In this document: positions 1-12,177 of the stretch, piece by piece
How the letters are laid out: the number at the start of each line of letters is the position of its first letter
Position numbering within the stretch: position 1 is the stretch's first letter
NCBI RefSeq assembly: GCF_006345805.1
Contig: NC_042997.1
Coordinates: forward strand, 198,152,001 to 198,216,000
Source of the DNA: Octopus sinensis
Lineage: Eukaryota
Length of the DNA stretch: 64,000 nucleotides
Direction of reading: 5' to 3'
Translations under genes and position numbers: made by a program
Notes under the pieces: model-generated
Told to the model about the DNA's origin: nothing
Databases searched by the model: none
The model's input: only the letters and a program-made list of their open reading frames with translations

Positions 1-240
1 AAATGGCTCTCCCCCACTTGTCCTTCCCATTAATGCCATTGCTCAACCAATTCTGAACGATCTTGTCAGGTCAGGTCTGTTGTATGCAGCATCGGATCCT
101 ACTACTGGTAAACTGTAAACCAGTACATTGACATATACAGTCGTTATGTAAGTGGTAGTATAATACGTGGGTGTATAATCGGTCGATTGTTATATGCAGA
201 CAACATGGGGCAGCTTGGTTCATCAGAAGGTGGTCTCTAG

Positions 241-465
241 TAGAAACGTTAGCACGCCAGGCGAAATGCTCAACGGTATTTTGTCTGTCGTTACGTTCTG
301 AGTTCAAATTCCGCCGAGGTCGACTTTGCCTTTCATCCTTTCGGAGTTGATTAAATAAGTACCAGTTACGCACTGGGGTCGATGTAATCGACTTAATCCG
401 TTTGTCTGTCCTTGTTTCTCCCCTCTGTGTTTAGCCCCTTGTGGGTAGTAAAGAAATAGGTATTT
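241..465 (+). mobile_element. tRNA-derived SINE, working family A (5' slightly truncated)
   Basis: B-box-like GAGTTCAAATTCC, body GAGGTCGACTTTGCCTTTCATCCTTTCGG and tail TGTCTGTCCTTGTT...GCCCCTTGTGGGTAGTAAAGAAATAGG are shared with at least 8 other copies in the window. Confidence 0.9.
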
Positions 466-1547
466 CATTTGCCGGGTGGGGGGGGATACCGCCCACTTTG
501 GGAACCACTAGACGCTGGTAGGTCAATACTCGTTGACGTGAATCCACTCCTACCAGCTAAGAAGACATTACAGTAGTCAAATATTTAATGGCATCTAACC
601 AAATATTTTCCGAATTTACTACAAACTCACAGGTTTTAAACAAATAACTTTGATCAACGAAAGATTGTGTGAAACGTATCTGTTGCCTGAAAGCTTTCAT
701 TTATCAATTCGCCTAACATGGCAACTACCAGGCACCTTGCATCTGATAAATTGTGCAATAAAATTGGTAAGTTTACTGATTGAAGAATCTAATCAATATT
801 TCGACAAATTTTGCCAAATTGTGAGGTATTGTTTTTCGCGAGATATAAAAGTGTTGATGTTTATCGGAATAAAGTATGTTTTGAATCACGGGAATGTACC
901 GATAATATTTCTTTAGCATACGGCTACAACAAGCTCAATATCTCGATATGATATCGATATACTATATTTATTTGAAAGCTTATCAATTTCATATTCTTTT
1001 CCAGATTTTTTCCGTGTACTGAAAGATATTCTTCATCTATCTTCGGAGTAAAATTGCAGATATTTTACGACTTAGTTTGATTGTGAGTATAATATATAAT
1101 CATAATTACAAATTACCCATGTTCTTTTTCTGTGAATTATTAGTTATGAGGCAGTTGAAATGATAGAATGCATTACAATGTTTATTTGTGTCTTTCCGGG
1201 TTTCGTGTGCAAATATAATTAAATTCGACTATTATCACTCTGGTAGTGATAAATGATCCGCCCAAGTTTGTTCGGTTTTATATAAGATCGACTCGGTTAT
1301 AATGTGTTGGATTTGGCCAAAAACAGAAACATCAAACTGAAATTGGGATTTAATGTGAAATGTTATTCCTGCTACTGCGGAATATTACAGATGCTCGGAC
1401 ATTTATAAGTTTACTCGTTATTTTATTTTCCTTTGTTGGTTAGATGATTTGAGAAAAAGCACAAACAATGTGCAAGATTGCATAAAAGTATGTGAAGATG
1501 TGAAAAGGACATGAAACAATATTAATAATATTATTAATAATAATAAC

Positions 1548-2100
1548 GCTCTTATGTAGTACCGGGCAGTGGCTCTCATGCCTTAGCATCTTAGCTGATT
1601 GGAAGTGTTATGTACATGTTTTGTTATAGTACAAAAGATGGACTACAGCAAAAATTCTCCTCGATATCACAGATTTGCTTGTCAGTTGTTTGACCTTCAC
1701 CGGTTGAGCATGTCCTTTGGTGGCTGACGATATGTGCATCTCTGATAACGGGTAGAAGTAGTGGGGGAGCATCATAACCATATGTTGAGAGGAATTCTTT
1801 GGGGTTTGAATAAGCTATCTCTGGAAACATGAGTGTTTTGTTCAACATCCTTAAATAACCCTTATTCAGGGACGTTTTGAGGAGGATGGGCTATTCGGCC
1901 TTTAGAAAATTCTAACTGGGCCCCACCTGCAAGGTCACGTGCTGTTTATCTTGATATAAGTCACCATGCCGCGCACATATGGTTGTGATGCATGTACCTC
2001 GTGTAACCTTATCAGACGGGTAGTCATGATGGGTATATACTGGGCTTCGTATATATGTACCCCAGTGTTACTTTGATGACATACTGCCTTCTCAATCAGT
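1548..2100. mobile_element. Non-coding, higher-GC segment sitting between two (TAA)n tracts; probable non-autonomous retroelement or UTR
   Basis: Sharp switch from (TAA)n at ~1525-1547 to complex sequence and back to (TAA)n at ~2100; no credible ORF. Single copy in the window, so repeat status rests on recollection of similar octopus repeats. Confidence 0.45.
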
Positions 2101-2129
2101 AATAATAATAATAATAATATAATGATAAT

Positions 2130-3012
2130 GATTTCATTTATTTGCCGCCAGATCGAAGGATGAGGAGGACAATACAAAGACAGACATGGTGTACGGGAGT
2201 TTACATATAATCAAAGGATAAAATAATTATTTAAGAAATGTAAATATGTACGGTATACGATGAAAAGGAAGGGACATATACATATTATACAGAGGTTAAA
2301 AAAGGTGCGGGAGAGGGTGATGGAGATGTTGCACTCCTGATACAGGTTGACCTCTAGGGATAATCAAGGAACCTCACTGTCCAAAATTTTCTTGAACACC
2401 AGGAGCAAGTGCCCTCACCAATTCCTTCTCTTCGATCCACAGGTCTACACTTAGAGATGTTGCTATTATCGCAACTTTCACTCACCTTTCAATAAACTCA
2501 CTCAAATACGGCACTTCCCTCTCCACTCTCAATTTCCTTTTCAAGTGAAAAGTCAATGAGAGCTCTGCTAAACAGGAATTAGTCCAGCGTCTGACTACAC
2601 CGTTTAATGGCACTGAACTGTATCACTAGGGGCTCAGCTGAAAACCCACCGATTTGTCGTCGTTCATTTTAGCTCCTGCCAGCGACTCCTCTTCCGATAG
2701 GTGACCGTTTACCTTGTCCCTTGAACAGGAGCCGCTGTGCATTGCAGCGATCCATCCGCTTAAAACAGGTCCGAAATCGGCTGCTAGTAGGACGGGTTCG
2801 AAGTATTGATGGTTGACCCTATCGAATGCTTTCGATTGATCAAAATTGACAGCGCATCACCGAAGCCATCGTTGGTCTCAGCCCTCTTTATGATGTATCG
2901 CATAAGGTAGAGGTTGTTGTGGATAGACCTGCTCGGGATTCTGCACGTTGGCGCTTCGCCGACCAGGCTACCGAGGACAAGGGTCAACCTTTTTGCTAAC
3001 ACCATGGCCAAA
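2130..3012 (-). mobile_element. Tx1/L1-clade LINE remnant (RT fragment, ORF2 C-terminus, 3' UTR), internally deleted
   Basis: Minus-strand translation with a frameshift gives VLAKRLTLVLGSLVGEA..IPSRSIHNNLYLMRYII..DAL.NFDQSKAFDRVNHQY..DFGPVLSGWIAAMHS (L1/Tx1 RT motif DQxKAFDRV), then FHLKRKLRVEREV..EFIER*VKVA and a pyrimidine-rich UTR ending AATAAATGAAA. Confidence 0.85.
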
Positions 3013-3045
3013 AGTTTGGCTAATTAAATTACGAATTTAATTAGC

Positions 3046-3265
3046 AGGAACTGCAAGAGAAGACATACTAACCTGAGCATGGCATGGGTTGACTATCACA
3101 AAGCATACAATATGATACCACATTCCTGGATAATAAGAACAATGGAAATGTTTGGATAGCAGAGAATATGAGAAGCCTCATATGGATTAGTATGAAATGC
3201 CGGAGAACGGAATTGGCAGCAGGGAAGCAAGTACTAGGAGAGGTAAAAATCAAGAGAGGAATCAT
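3046..3265 (+). mobile_element. R4/Dong-like LINE reverse transcriptase fragment
   Basis: Translation RNCKRRHTNLSMAWVDYHKAYNMIPHSWII..(frameshift)..GKQVLGEVKIKRGI matches the AWxDYxKAYDxVPHSWI ... IKRGIFQGD pattern of R4-type RTs. Confidence 0.8.
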
Positions 3266-3660
3266 ATGACATCAGGACAGTATTCAAAAGTAATACAACT
3301 CTTCGCAAATATCTCCTTCAATTAAAACCACCAATAGAAGAGAATATGACTAAGAACTGCGTTTTCTCCATCCCATGCAGCTGTGGTAGGTTATACAATG
3401 GCGAAACATGCCACCCACTCAAAATAAGGGCAGACGAACATCGCAAAGCTGTGACACGAGGAGATGTTGATAAATCGGGTATAGCTGATAATGTACGGAA
3501 AAATGGAGACCACCTCCCCCTATAGGATGAAGTTAAAATAAGACAGAGAACACCACTGGAAAATACGAAAACTAGAAGCAGCACATATGCTAGGACAACA
3601 ACCTCCTAAGCAGACCAAGTGCAGATATGAACGGCATATAGGAACCGGTATTAAGGAAGG
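3266..3660 (+). mobile_element. Penelope-like element, GIY-YIG endonuclease remnant
   Basis: Translation DIRTVFKSNTTLRKYL..KNCVFSIPCSCGRLYNGETCHPLKIRADEHRKAV..KSGIADNV.. matches the VYxIPCxCGxxYIGET..LxxRxxEH GIY-YIG signature of PLEs; contains stops and frameshifts. Confidence 0.85.
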
Positions 3661-3712
3661 ATAGAAAAATATTAGATTTAAAAGCCCTAAAATTCACTCC
3701 ATAATTACCCAC

Positions 3713-3945
3713 GGGCATATGGTGTAGTGGTTAAGAGCGCTGGCTTCTAACCCCAAGATTCTGAGTTCGATTCCAGGCAGTGACATGAATAATAATAAAG
3801 TCAACATCGAAAAATAGAGAACCCAGGTTCGAAATTTCACCAAGACACCTGAAGAAAGCTGGAGGGTATATCAGCTGAAAAGTTGGGTTAACAACAAACA
3901 AGATGAGGAAAAATATCCGTCAATTGTAAATAATGTAAATAATTC
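3713..3945 (+). mobile_element. tRNA-like head followed by a PLE-type terminal segment containing a degenerate hammerhead motif
   Basis: A-box TGGTGTAGTGG (3720-3730) and B-box GAGTTCGATTC (~3763-3773); downstream GACAC-CTGAAGA-A-AGCTG-loop-CAGCT-GAAA-AG-TT-GGGTT (3844-3889). The anticodon arm is not intact, so this is not called a tRNA gene. Confidence 0.7.
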
Positions 3946-4466
3946 CTCATCTCTTAAATACAGAACTGTATGAGACTAAAAAGCTGAATATATGAATGAC
4001 AGAAGGAAATTATATAAATGTTAGCAGAAAATCTATAGTTTAATTCATTTACTATTGCAGAACAGACCAAAACCATTGAATAAGAAAAATCCCTTCAAAA
4101 TGTCATCAGAACTCACTCGGAAAAAAGTCTGGAAATATTTCTAATCTATCTTCATTAATAAATTACTGGTGCGTTACAAGTACAGAATATAGAATATTTT
4201 TATATCAGAGTATATTATTTGTATATAGAGATTTGGAGTTAACATTTCAAAGGCAGATGTGGCATTTTGTATCTATACACGCTGTATTAATGAACAAAAA
4301 AATAGAAGACGGCCGGACTAGTTTCAATTCTGTAATGGGATCTCACCAATGACTCAATACCTGTCTACGAAAACACAGGTCAGAGTTTTATCAATCTAAT
4401 TAACTGCCAAGAATGCATAAGAAACTTCAAAAAATGTTTGTTGATTTTCATTAAGGTCTTAATAGT

Positions 4467-4772
4467 TTGTTTGTTCCTTCTCGAGCCATGTCTGACTCAT
4501 CAGGGCCCGTTTCCCGGTTTTCTTGGCGTATAGGTTCCCTACCTGGTGGACGGGGCGCCGGTCCGTCGCAGGTGAGCTGCAAGATGCAGGAGGAAAGAGT
4601 GAGAGAAAGTTGTGGCAAAAGAGTCAGCAGAAGTTCGCCATTACCTTCTGCCGGAGCCGCGTGGAGCTTAGGTGTTTCGCTCATAAACGCACACATCGCC
4701 CGATCTGAGATTTGAACCCACGATCCCTCGACCGCGAATCCGCTGCTCTAAGTACTACGTCATGTGCTCCAC
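4467..4772 (-). mobile_element. tRNA-derived SINE, working family D, full length with 14-bp TSD
   Basis: Matches copies at 19525 and 19934; flanked by identical AAGGTCTTAATAGT at 4453-4466 and 4773-4786. Confidence 0.93.
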
Positions 4773-4912
4773 AAGGTCTTAATAGTAAAGGTAGTAGTAA
4801 TCATTATCTCCAAAGAAAATTCAAGCAGATATTCAGTCTTTGATTAAACTCTAACACAAGGTTGATCGAAACTACTCCGGCTGATACCTATGTCTCGGTT
4901 CAAGATAATATA

Positions 4913-5305
4913 TATTTCTTTGCTGCCCACAAGGGGCTAAATTCAGAGAGGACAAACAAGGACAGACAAAGGGATTAAGTCGATTACATCGACCCCAGTG
5001 CGAAAGTGGTACTTTATTTATCGACCCCGAAAGGATGAAAGGCAAAGTCGACCCCGGCGGAATTTGAACTCAGAACGACAGATTAAATACCTATTTCTTT
5101 ATTACCCAGAAGGGGACAAACAAGGACAGACATAAGTATTAAGTCGATTACATCGACCCCAGTGCGTAACTGGTACTTAATTTATCGACCCCGAAAGGAT
5201 GAAAGGCAAAGTCTACCTCGGCGGAATTTGAACTCACAACGTAACGCAGACGAAATACCGCTAAGCATTTCGCCTGGCGCGCTAACGTTTCTGCCAGCTT
5301 TCCGC
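4913..5305 (-). mobile_element. Two family-A SINEs head-to-tail (5'-truncated copy 4913-5076; near full copy 5086-5305)
   Basis: Two successive reverse-complement copies of the A body and tail. Confidence 0.9.
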
Positions 5306-5745
5306 AGATAATATCTGTGCTTAAACTCTTATAGTATAATGCAGCATAGAAGCTATATTCATTGTATGATCTCTAGAACACATACTAAGTCATTATTTTC
5401 GGAGAGAAAAGGCCATATTTTCCTTGAATGGTAGTTTTCGATACTTCATATAGATAAACCTAATTTCAAATAAATAATTCTGTTTTACAGAAGTATTTAA
5501 TTAAATTAATATTCTTTCAGATGTCATAGCTGCGTGATAATTCTTCTATTCGCCTGTATTATGTGGGGATCAGTAGTTTTTATGAATTACTCCGATTATC
5601 ACGACACCATTTTCATCACAACTCGGCATTAAAGAATTATTTTTCGTACACCAAACACTCGAACTTTTGCTTTTCTTAAATGCATTAAAGGATGTAGAAA
5701 TACTAGTCAAATATATCAATTCATGTTTGTCTTTGTATCAATAGC

Positions 5746-5783
<38 letters not shown>

Positions 5784-6000
5784 GGAAAATGTCTTTTAAG
5801 GAGGAATTTATGATTACATCTAAATAACTGTTTTAACCAACTCTATACAGAAAATCTTTTTCCAAATAATTTTTAGAATTAAAGAAAAAATCTATATTAG
5901 AAATTATATATTTGTTAGCAACAACCAATTATACTTCGTTGAATTAAGGCGATACAATCATTAGCACACCGGCACACTGTTTAACGATATTTCATTAATA

Positions 6001-6153
6001 TTTACGTTCTAAGTCCAAAACCCACCGAGTTCGATTTTGCTTTTCAACCTTTCGGGGTAAATAAAATTTGTACCAGTTGAACACTGGGGATCGATATGAT
6101 TGACTTATCCACTCTTCCGAAGTTGCTGGCCCTGTATCATAATTTGAAACTAA
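6001..6153 (+). mobile_element. Degenerate family-A SINE variant with an alternative 3' tail
   Basis: A-like body followed by ACCAGTTGAACACTGGGATCGATATG...ATAATTTGAAACTAAT, a tail shared with 13229-13440. Confidence 0.7.
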
Positions 6154-7157
6154 TATTTCTTGGAATTTATTTGCTTCTTGTCAGGCATTCTGTGTTTGTG
6201 TATTTGTGTTTGGGGATGTTATTCCCGAAGGAAGAATCGAAAGCAGATTACTAAATCAATAGGAATTAGCGTGTGTGGTGTATTTTCATTTAAAAGATCC
6301 ACGTACTACGGAGAAGGAAAGCTGTTTTTCAAAGAAAGATGCATTGACTAAACATTATGTGTAATGGAATGGAAAACGTGCAAGAATGTTTAATTTGACG
6401 AAATCAAGTTCAGGAAAATATAATTCAAAGAAAGACAATTCAACCCCTCCTTATCGTTTGTTAGAAGCTCGTGATACTTGGTTTGATAATGAAGTAGATG
6501 TTACTCTTAGATAGAATTTCTTTGTTTTAATGTCTAAATTCTGTTTACCTTAGCAACATAAATGTTCGACATGATGTTGGAACGTAAAAGAATCTTGAAA
6601 ATATCAGTATCCACTTGGGTATAAAGAAAAAGTTCAATTAAAAATCATTAAAGCCAATTCGCAATTCATTTGGAAATATTTAGCGTCTCAAAAACATTCA
6701 GTTTTTGTGTAAATAAACTTTTAGAAATTGTGGCCATTATACTGTGGAATATGCGTAAGAAAGAAAAAGTGAAAATATTTGAGTTGTCTTTTCATTTCGG
6801 CAATCTCAAATATTACAATTGTCGAATATATTGTAAATCTTTATTAATGACAGTTGATTATCATGAAAATGAGGTGAAATATAAAATATATTATTAGTGT
6901 CATGTCACAGAGAAATAACTATAAATTACTAATAACTAATAAACAGAAAATGTTGATTTTATATAACCTGCGAAAAGTGCTTCTCTTAATGGAAACTAGA
7001 ATAATTAACGTTGTTGATTTTTCGAGTCACGCAATGCGTTCATATTTTTGAATAGATTTGTATATAACGCTTAATCGTAGAAATTGCGAAATATTTTAGA
7101 AATATTTACCAAATAGAAGACATTTTATATATATATAAACATATCTATATAAAACTT

Positions 7158-7190
<33 letters not shown>

Positions 7191-7379
7191 GAATATTCGA
7201 TAGAGAACGTACAACGTATCGTAAATTGTTATACTCATTAAAATATTACAGCATAAAAATGGTGGCTTATTAGTAATTAGAACCAAAATCCAAAATTCAT
7301 AGGCGTCACAAAACTGACACAGGGTACTGAGTAGCACCGCTTTTGCTAAAGATAAGAGTTAAACCAACACAAAGCCACA

Positions 7380-7845
7380 AACGCAGTAGTAGCTATGTGG
7401 TAAGAAGCTTACTTCCTAACCACAAGGCTCCGGGTTCAGTCCCACTGCGTGGCACGTCATCTATCTATATCTATCTATCTATGTCTATCTATCTATTCTT
7501 TTCTTTTACTTGTTTCAGTCATTTGACTGCGGCCATGCTGGAACACCACTTTTAGTCGAACAAATCGACATATACATATATATGTGTGTGTGTGTATTTG
7601 TGTGCGTTACTGTGTGGTAAGAAGATGGCTTGGCACAACATGGTTGCGGGTTATATAATATATATGTGTGTGTGTCTGTGTGTGTTTGTCCTCCCACCAT
7701 CGCTTGACAACCGATTTTGGAGTGTTTACGTCCTCGTGACTTAGCGGTTACGAAAGAATATGTACTAGGCTTAGAAAGAATAAGTCCTGAAGTTGATTTG
7801 TTCGAATAAATGACCGCAGTCAATTGACTGAAAGAATAAAAGAAT
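7380..7845. mobile_element. Cluster of family-B SINE fragments in mixed orientation
   Basis: Head (+) 7380-7456, tail (-) 7497-7570 and a deleted copy (+) 7608-7845, all matching the B consensus. Confidence 0.8.
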
Positions 7846-8600
7846 ACGTACACGTACCTCCTAGCAAAGTGGAAACGTTTGTGGATTCATGGTTTGTGGA
7901 GACTACTTGCTTTGATATTGTTTTTTTTCTCCATACATAATCTTACTAAACACGGATAACGCTTAGATATTGGTATCTATTTTTGGGAGGTTTTGTGTTA
8001 TACATATACAGAGTAGCCCAACAGTAGGTTTACAGTTATTCAACTATCTCTTTCGCATTCATTATTAACAGTTTAGATCTTAATTATGTAAAAATATGAA
8101 ACCGTTATCCTTTGCTAATCGAGTTAATTTTGTCAAGTTCCCTTTTTAGTTTGTAAGACAGAAATTTAAATGTAATAAAATGTTTTGAAAGAAATTTAAA
8201 TGTTTACGTGATAAATGTGAACCTACTTCTGGTTCACCCTGGACATACATAAATACGTACATATTTGTATATTTTATTTGCGTGCAATCTTGAATATCCG
8301 TGAACAAACATTGACTACCATAAGAACCAGCATGAGCTATTTAAACTTAGGTTAAATCTATTACGACCCAGTGATGTTTATTTTCTCTTTAAGCAGTGTC
8401 AATGAATGGCGAATATAACTTTATTTTATTTTGCAATAATTTTCAATGCATAATTAATATTATTATATTTGACATCCTTATTGTTGGGCCAGGTTCATTG
8501 GGAGATTATAAAAGTCAGGATGGTATCAAACATCATTTGTCGTAATGAAACTAACATTAGGAAATCTGTAAATGTACATGTTTATATTTGTAGCTGGTGA

Positions 8601-9050
8601 TACGAGGAGTGTTCATTAAAGATTACCTCTGGCCCACTTCCGCCTAGTTCAAGAAACGGAAGTTATGCAAGTAAAATCATATATGTCTCTACATGACATA
8701 TTGTCAATTTCAGCTTTCCACTAGTATTCGTATGTCTTTTACGGCTGTTGAAGAGAACTAAGGTGTTATAATGGAGGCAGGTTCTTAAACTTGAAAGGTC
8801 GTACGCCAAAAGAGAGTTTCGATGAGATAAAAGAAGTTTATGGTGACCTTGCATTATCATACGATGTAGTCAGGCAATGGCATCGCCAGAGCATTTGTTG
8901 TCGGGCATCAATGGAAACCGCTCCTATTCCTGGACGACGACGTTCCGTCATTGATGACGACACCATCCATAAAGTAGAAGCCGCCATTTTGGCGGATCGC
9001 CGTATAACTATTCAACAACTAGCCCAAGAATTGAATAGAAGTGTGAAGTA
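8601..9050 (+). mobile_element. Mariner-like transposon, left end and N-terminal HTH remnant
   Basis: Starts TA-CGAGG, a typical mariner TIR start; ORF 8791-9051 KGRTPKESFDEIKEVYGDLALSYDVVRQWHR..GRRRSV..KVEAAILADRRITIQQLAQEL matches the mariner paired-HTH region; no intact catalytic domain. Confidence 0.8.
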
Positions 9051-9509
9051 GCGAAAGTTCCCAATAAAGATTAAAACGAAAGATTCCCCAAGAGCTTTGT
9101 ATATTTCGAGAATCGGTACGATCTCTGTTCTGAATATGTGTACCTTAACCAATTGCCGGTACTGTAAATTATATGTAATACACATGAGATATTTCTCTGG
9201 CGTCTGTGCATCATATATGCTAACGACACCCAAAATTTTTAACCGCCAGAGTAAACTGGGGCTTATGAAAGGAAGATTATGTTACTCAGAACATATGAAA
9301 CAGGGGCTAAATCTGAAAACAGGGCAGGAAGATTTAGAAAAAAGACAAATTATGAAAAGGATTTCGACAGTTAAAGAGATAAGGAACATCATTACTCTAA
9401 GATCATATTTTGGGAATAGCCTTGTATAAAACGCTTAACCTTACAAATTACAAAATTTTTCAGAAATATTTCCATCTGCCGAAAGATTTATAAAGTAGAA
9501 AGCATCTCA

Positions 9510-9544
<35 letters not shown>

Positions 9545-9943
9545 GTGAGATATGTGTGTGTTTGTATTGGTGTCTGTGTACATATACAATAGTATGTACG
9601 TATATTCATGTGCATGAGCATGTTTGTGTATTTGTGTGTGTATATATTTCTGTTTGTGTATGTGTGTGTAAGTGACTGTGTACTCGTAGACATTGTGTTC
9701 ATATTGTGGAACATATATTCCAATGCGCAGAGACTTTAAAACGAGTTGAGTGGATTCGTTTCTAAAACGAGTAACACGGGGGTAGATATTTTGAGGATGA
9801 TAAGTACATTCAGAAAATATGTCAACCTGACATATCAAGGATGATAAACGTCTGATAAAAATTCAACATAATGTAATTGATTCAAAAAAATAATGTAAAG
9901 AGTGTAGTGATCATTTTTGAAATTTCATAAACTCAGAGATGAT

Positions 9944-10320
9944 AGGCGCAGGAGTGGCTGTGTGGTAAGTAGCTTGCTAACCAGCCACATGGTTCCGGGT
10001 TCAGTCCCACTGCGTGGCATCTTGGGCAAGTGTCTTCTACTATATCCCCGGGCCGACCAATGCCTTGTGAGTGGATTTGGTAGACGGAAACTGAAAGAAG
10101 CCTGTCGTATATATGTATATATATGTGTGTGTGTGTGTTTGTGTTTGTCCCCCTAGCATTGCTTGACAACCGATGCTGGTGTATTTACGTCCCCGTCACT
10201 TAGCGGTTCGGCAAAAGAGACCGATAGAATAAGTACTGGGCTTACAAAGAATAAGTCCCGGGGTCGATTTGCTCGACTAAAGGCGGTGCTCTTTTACTGA
10301 AACAAGTAAAAGAGTAAAAG
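9944..10320 (+). mobile_element. tRNA-derived SINE, working family B (internal TA/TG microsatellite, CORE-like segment)
   Basis: AGGCGCAGGAGTGGCTGTGTGGTAAG head, CTTGGGCAAGTGTCTTCTAC segment resembling the CORE domain, tail GAAACAAGTAAAAGAG; about 20-bp deletion near the 3' end. Confidence 0.92.
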
Positions 10321-10875
10321 AGAGAGAGAGAGATATGCCTTTAAGTTTGTAAATGAAGAGAATAAATGTTTCGTGTGTGAGTGTGCTTTTTTCACCCCCT
10401 TTCTATGATATATTTTGACTGATTTGTTTATCAGTAAACCCGTGGATTTTGATTCTCGCTTCTGAAAATAGAATTCTTTTACTAAAAACATCATTTAAAT
10501 CTACTACATCTCAATATTAATTAATGTCAGATAATTGCAGTCATATACTTCCCGTTTAGCATTTATGTTTTTCATATTATATCAATTATTTAGCAATAAA
10601 TCTCTTTTGTGAGGTAGCTGCACTTAATTTATCGGAATATAATAGCCATATTAAACGGCAGTTAAAACCGCTTTTAACTTTTCTTATCCAAAAAACTTCA
10701 ATGCATTGCTTTTGCTTTAACAAATTTCATCTCTGTTTAAAATATTTAGAGTTCATGTGAATTTTGCATTTTAATCACAAATATAGTGATTGTATCCAGT
10801 ATCGAATCTCAATTGCTATGATTCAAATTTTTCTTCCGCCAGCGTTCTGTAAAAAATTACCTATCTATCTATATC

Positions 10876-11070
10876 TACTCTCTTACTCTTACTTGTTTCA
10901 GTCATTTGACTGCGGCCATGCTGGAGCACCGCCTTTAGTCGGGAAAATCAACCCCAGGACTTATTCTTTGTAAGCCTAGTAATTATTCTGTCGGTCTCTT
11001 TTGTCGAACCGCTAAATTACGGGGACGTAAGCACACCAGCATCGGTTTTCAAGCGATGTTGGGGGGACAA

Positions 11071-11112
<42 letters not shown>

Positions 11113-11275
11113 TTACACACGACGGGCTTCTTTCAGTTTCCGTCTACCGAATCCCCTCGCAAGGCTTTGGTCGGCTCGAGGCTATAGTAGAAGTAACTTG
11201 CCTAAGGTGCCACGCAGTGGGACTGAACCCGGAAGCATGTGGTTGGTAAGCAAGCTACTTACCACACAGCCACTC

Positions 11276-11279
<4 letters not shown>
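10876..11279 (-). mobile_element. Family-B SINE
   Basis: Near full-length reverse-complement copy. Confidence 0.92.
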
Positions 11280-11306
<27 letters not shown>

Positions 11307-11312
11307 ATATAT

Positions 11313-11367
<55 letters not shown>

Positions 11368-12177
11368 CAATGATAAATCTCTGAGCGAGATATAGGCAGT
11401 AGCAGCCTCGACATCGTGAAAAATGACGTAAAATTTTATATGTGTGTATATGTGTGTGTATATATGTATGTATGTATATATATATATATATATGTATGTA
11501 TATTATTACCCTTACGAAAATTAATATTCCTATGATGTACAATCACACAATGCCAATGTGTGTTATAATATATGCAACAAAACTATCATAAATCAAGAAA
11601 ATATCAACCTTTAATTTAGTTCAAAAACTACGAGGATTAGAATTTCAATGAAAGATAACTTAGAACCATAAAACACATGATATGAAATGTTCAGTCCACA
11701 AACACTTCAAACATATACGTCATGGGTTCGACAGCCGAGAAGAACTTTTAATCCGGCGGAATCAACAATATGCAATTTCTAACGTAATCACTGAGTTCTT
11801 ATTTTAGCTATATTTAATAAGAAATCAATATCTATGAATAAAAATAACGTTTCTATAAAGAAATCTACATTCAACTAAGTTCATACGGTCACCAATGAGT
11901 TTTGTTTTTGTGTGTCAGAGGTCGGTAAAAATGTTTCAGTAATGTTTGGGGCATTATTATCAGCTATACACCTCTTCTAAAAATTTGATCTTTGTTATTT
12001 AGTCAGTAATAAATATTAACTTTATCGCTGTAAGTCAAGTTTTAGTCCTACAACAAATCTTGACAGCAATATCATTCCAATTTTTGATATCTTCCGTATC
12101 ACTTCCATTTTGATTATAACTTTAATTCCTCGGGTATAATCTCTCACTTCCTATTTCCTCATTTCTTAAGATAGTGC

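Noticed and set aside
71-373. Recurrent small ORFs (MRNWYL.., MCAFMSETPK.., MPKVPRSGTEPG.., MLGGQTQTH..) found at several loci
   Set aside because: They recur because they are read from SINE A, B and D copies, not from a gene family.
3713-3784. Functional tRNA gene
   Set aside because: Anticodon and acceptor stems do not pair properly and it runs into a repeat tail; the same applies to all SINE heads here.
9050-9430. Continuation of the mariner transposase (IHMRY..VCA..MLT)
   Set aside because: Resemblance to the WVPxxLT region is too weak, so it was left out of the mariner call.
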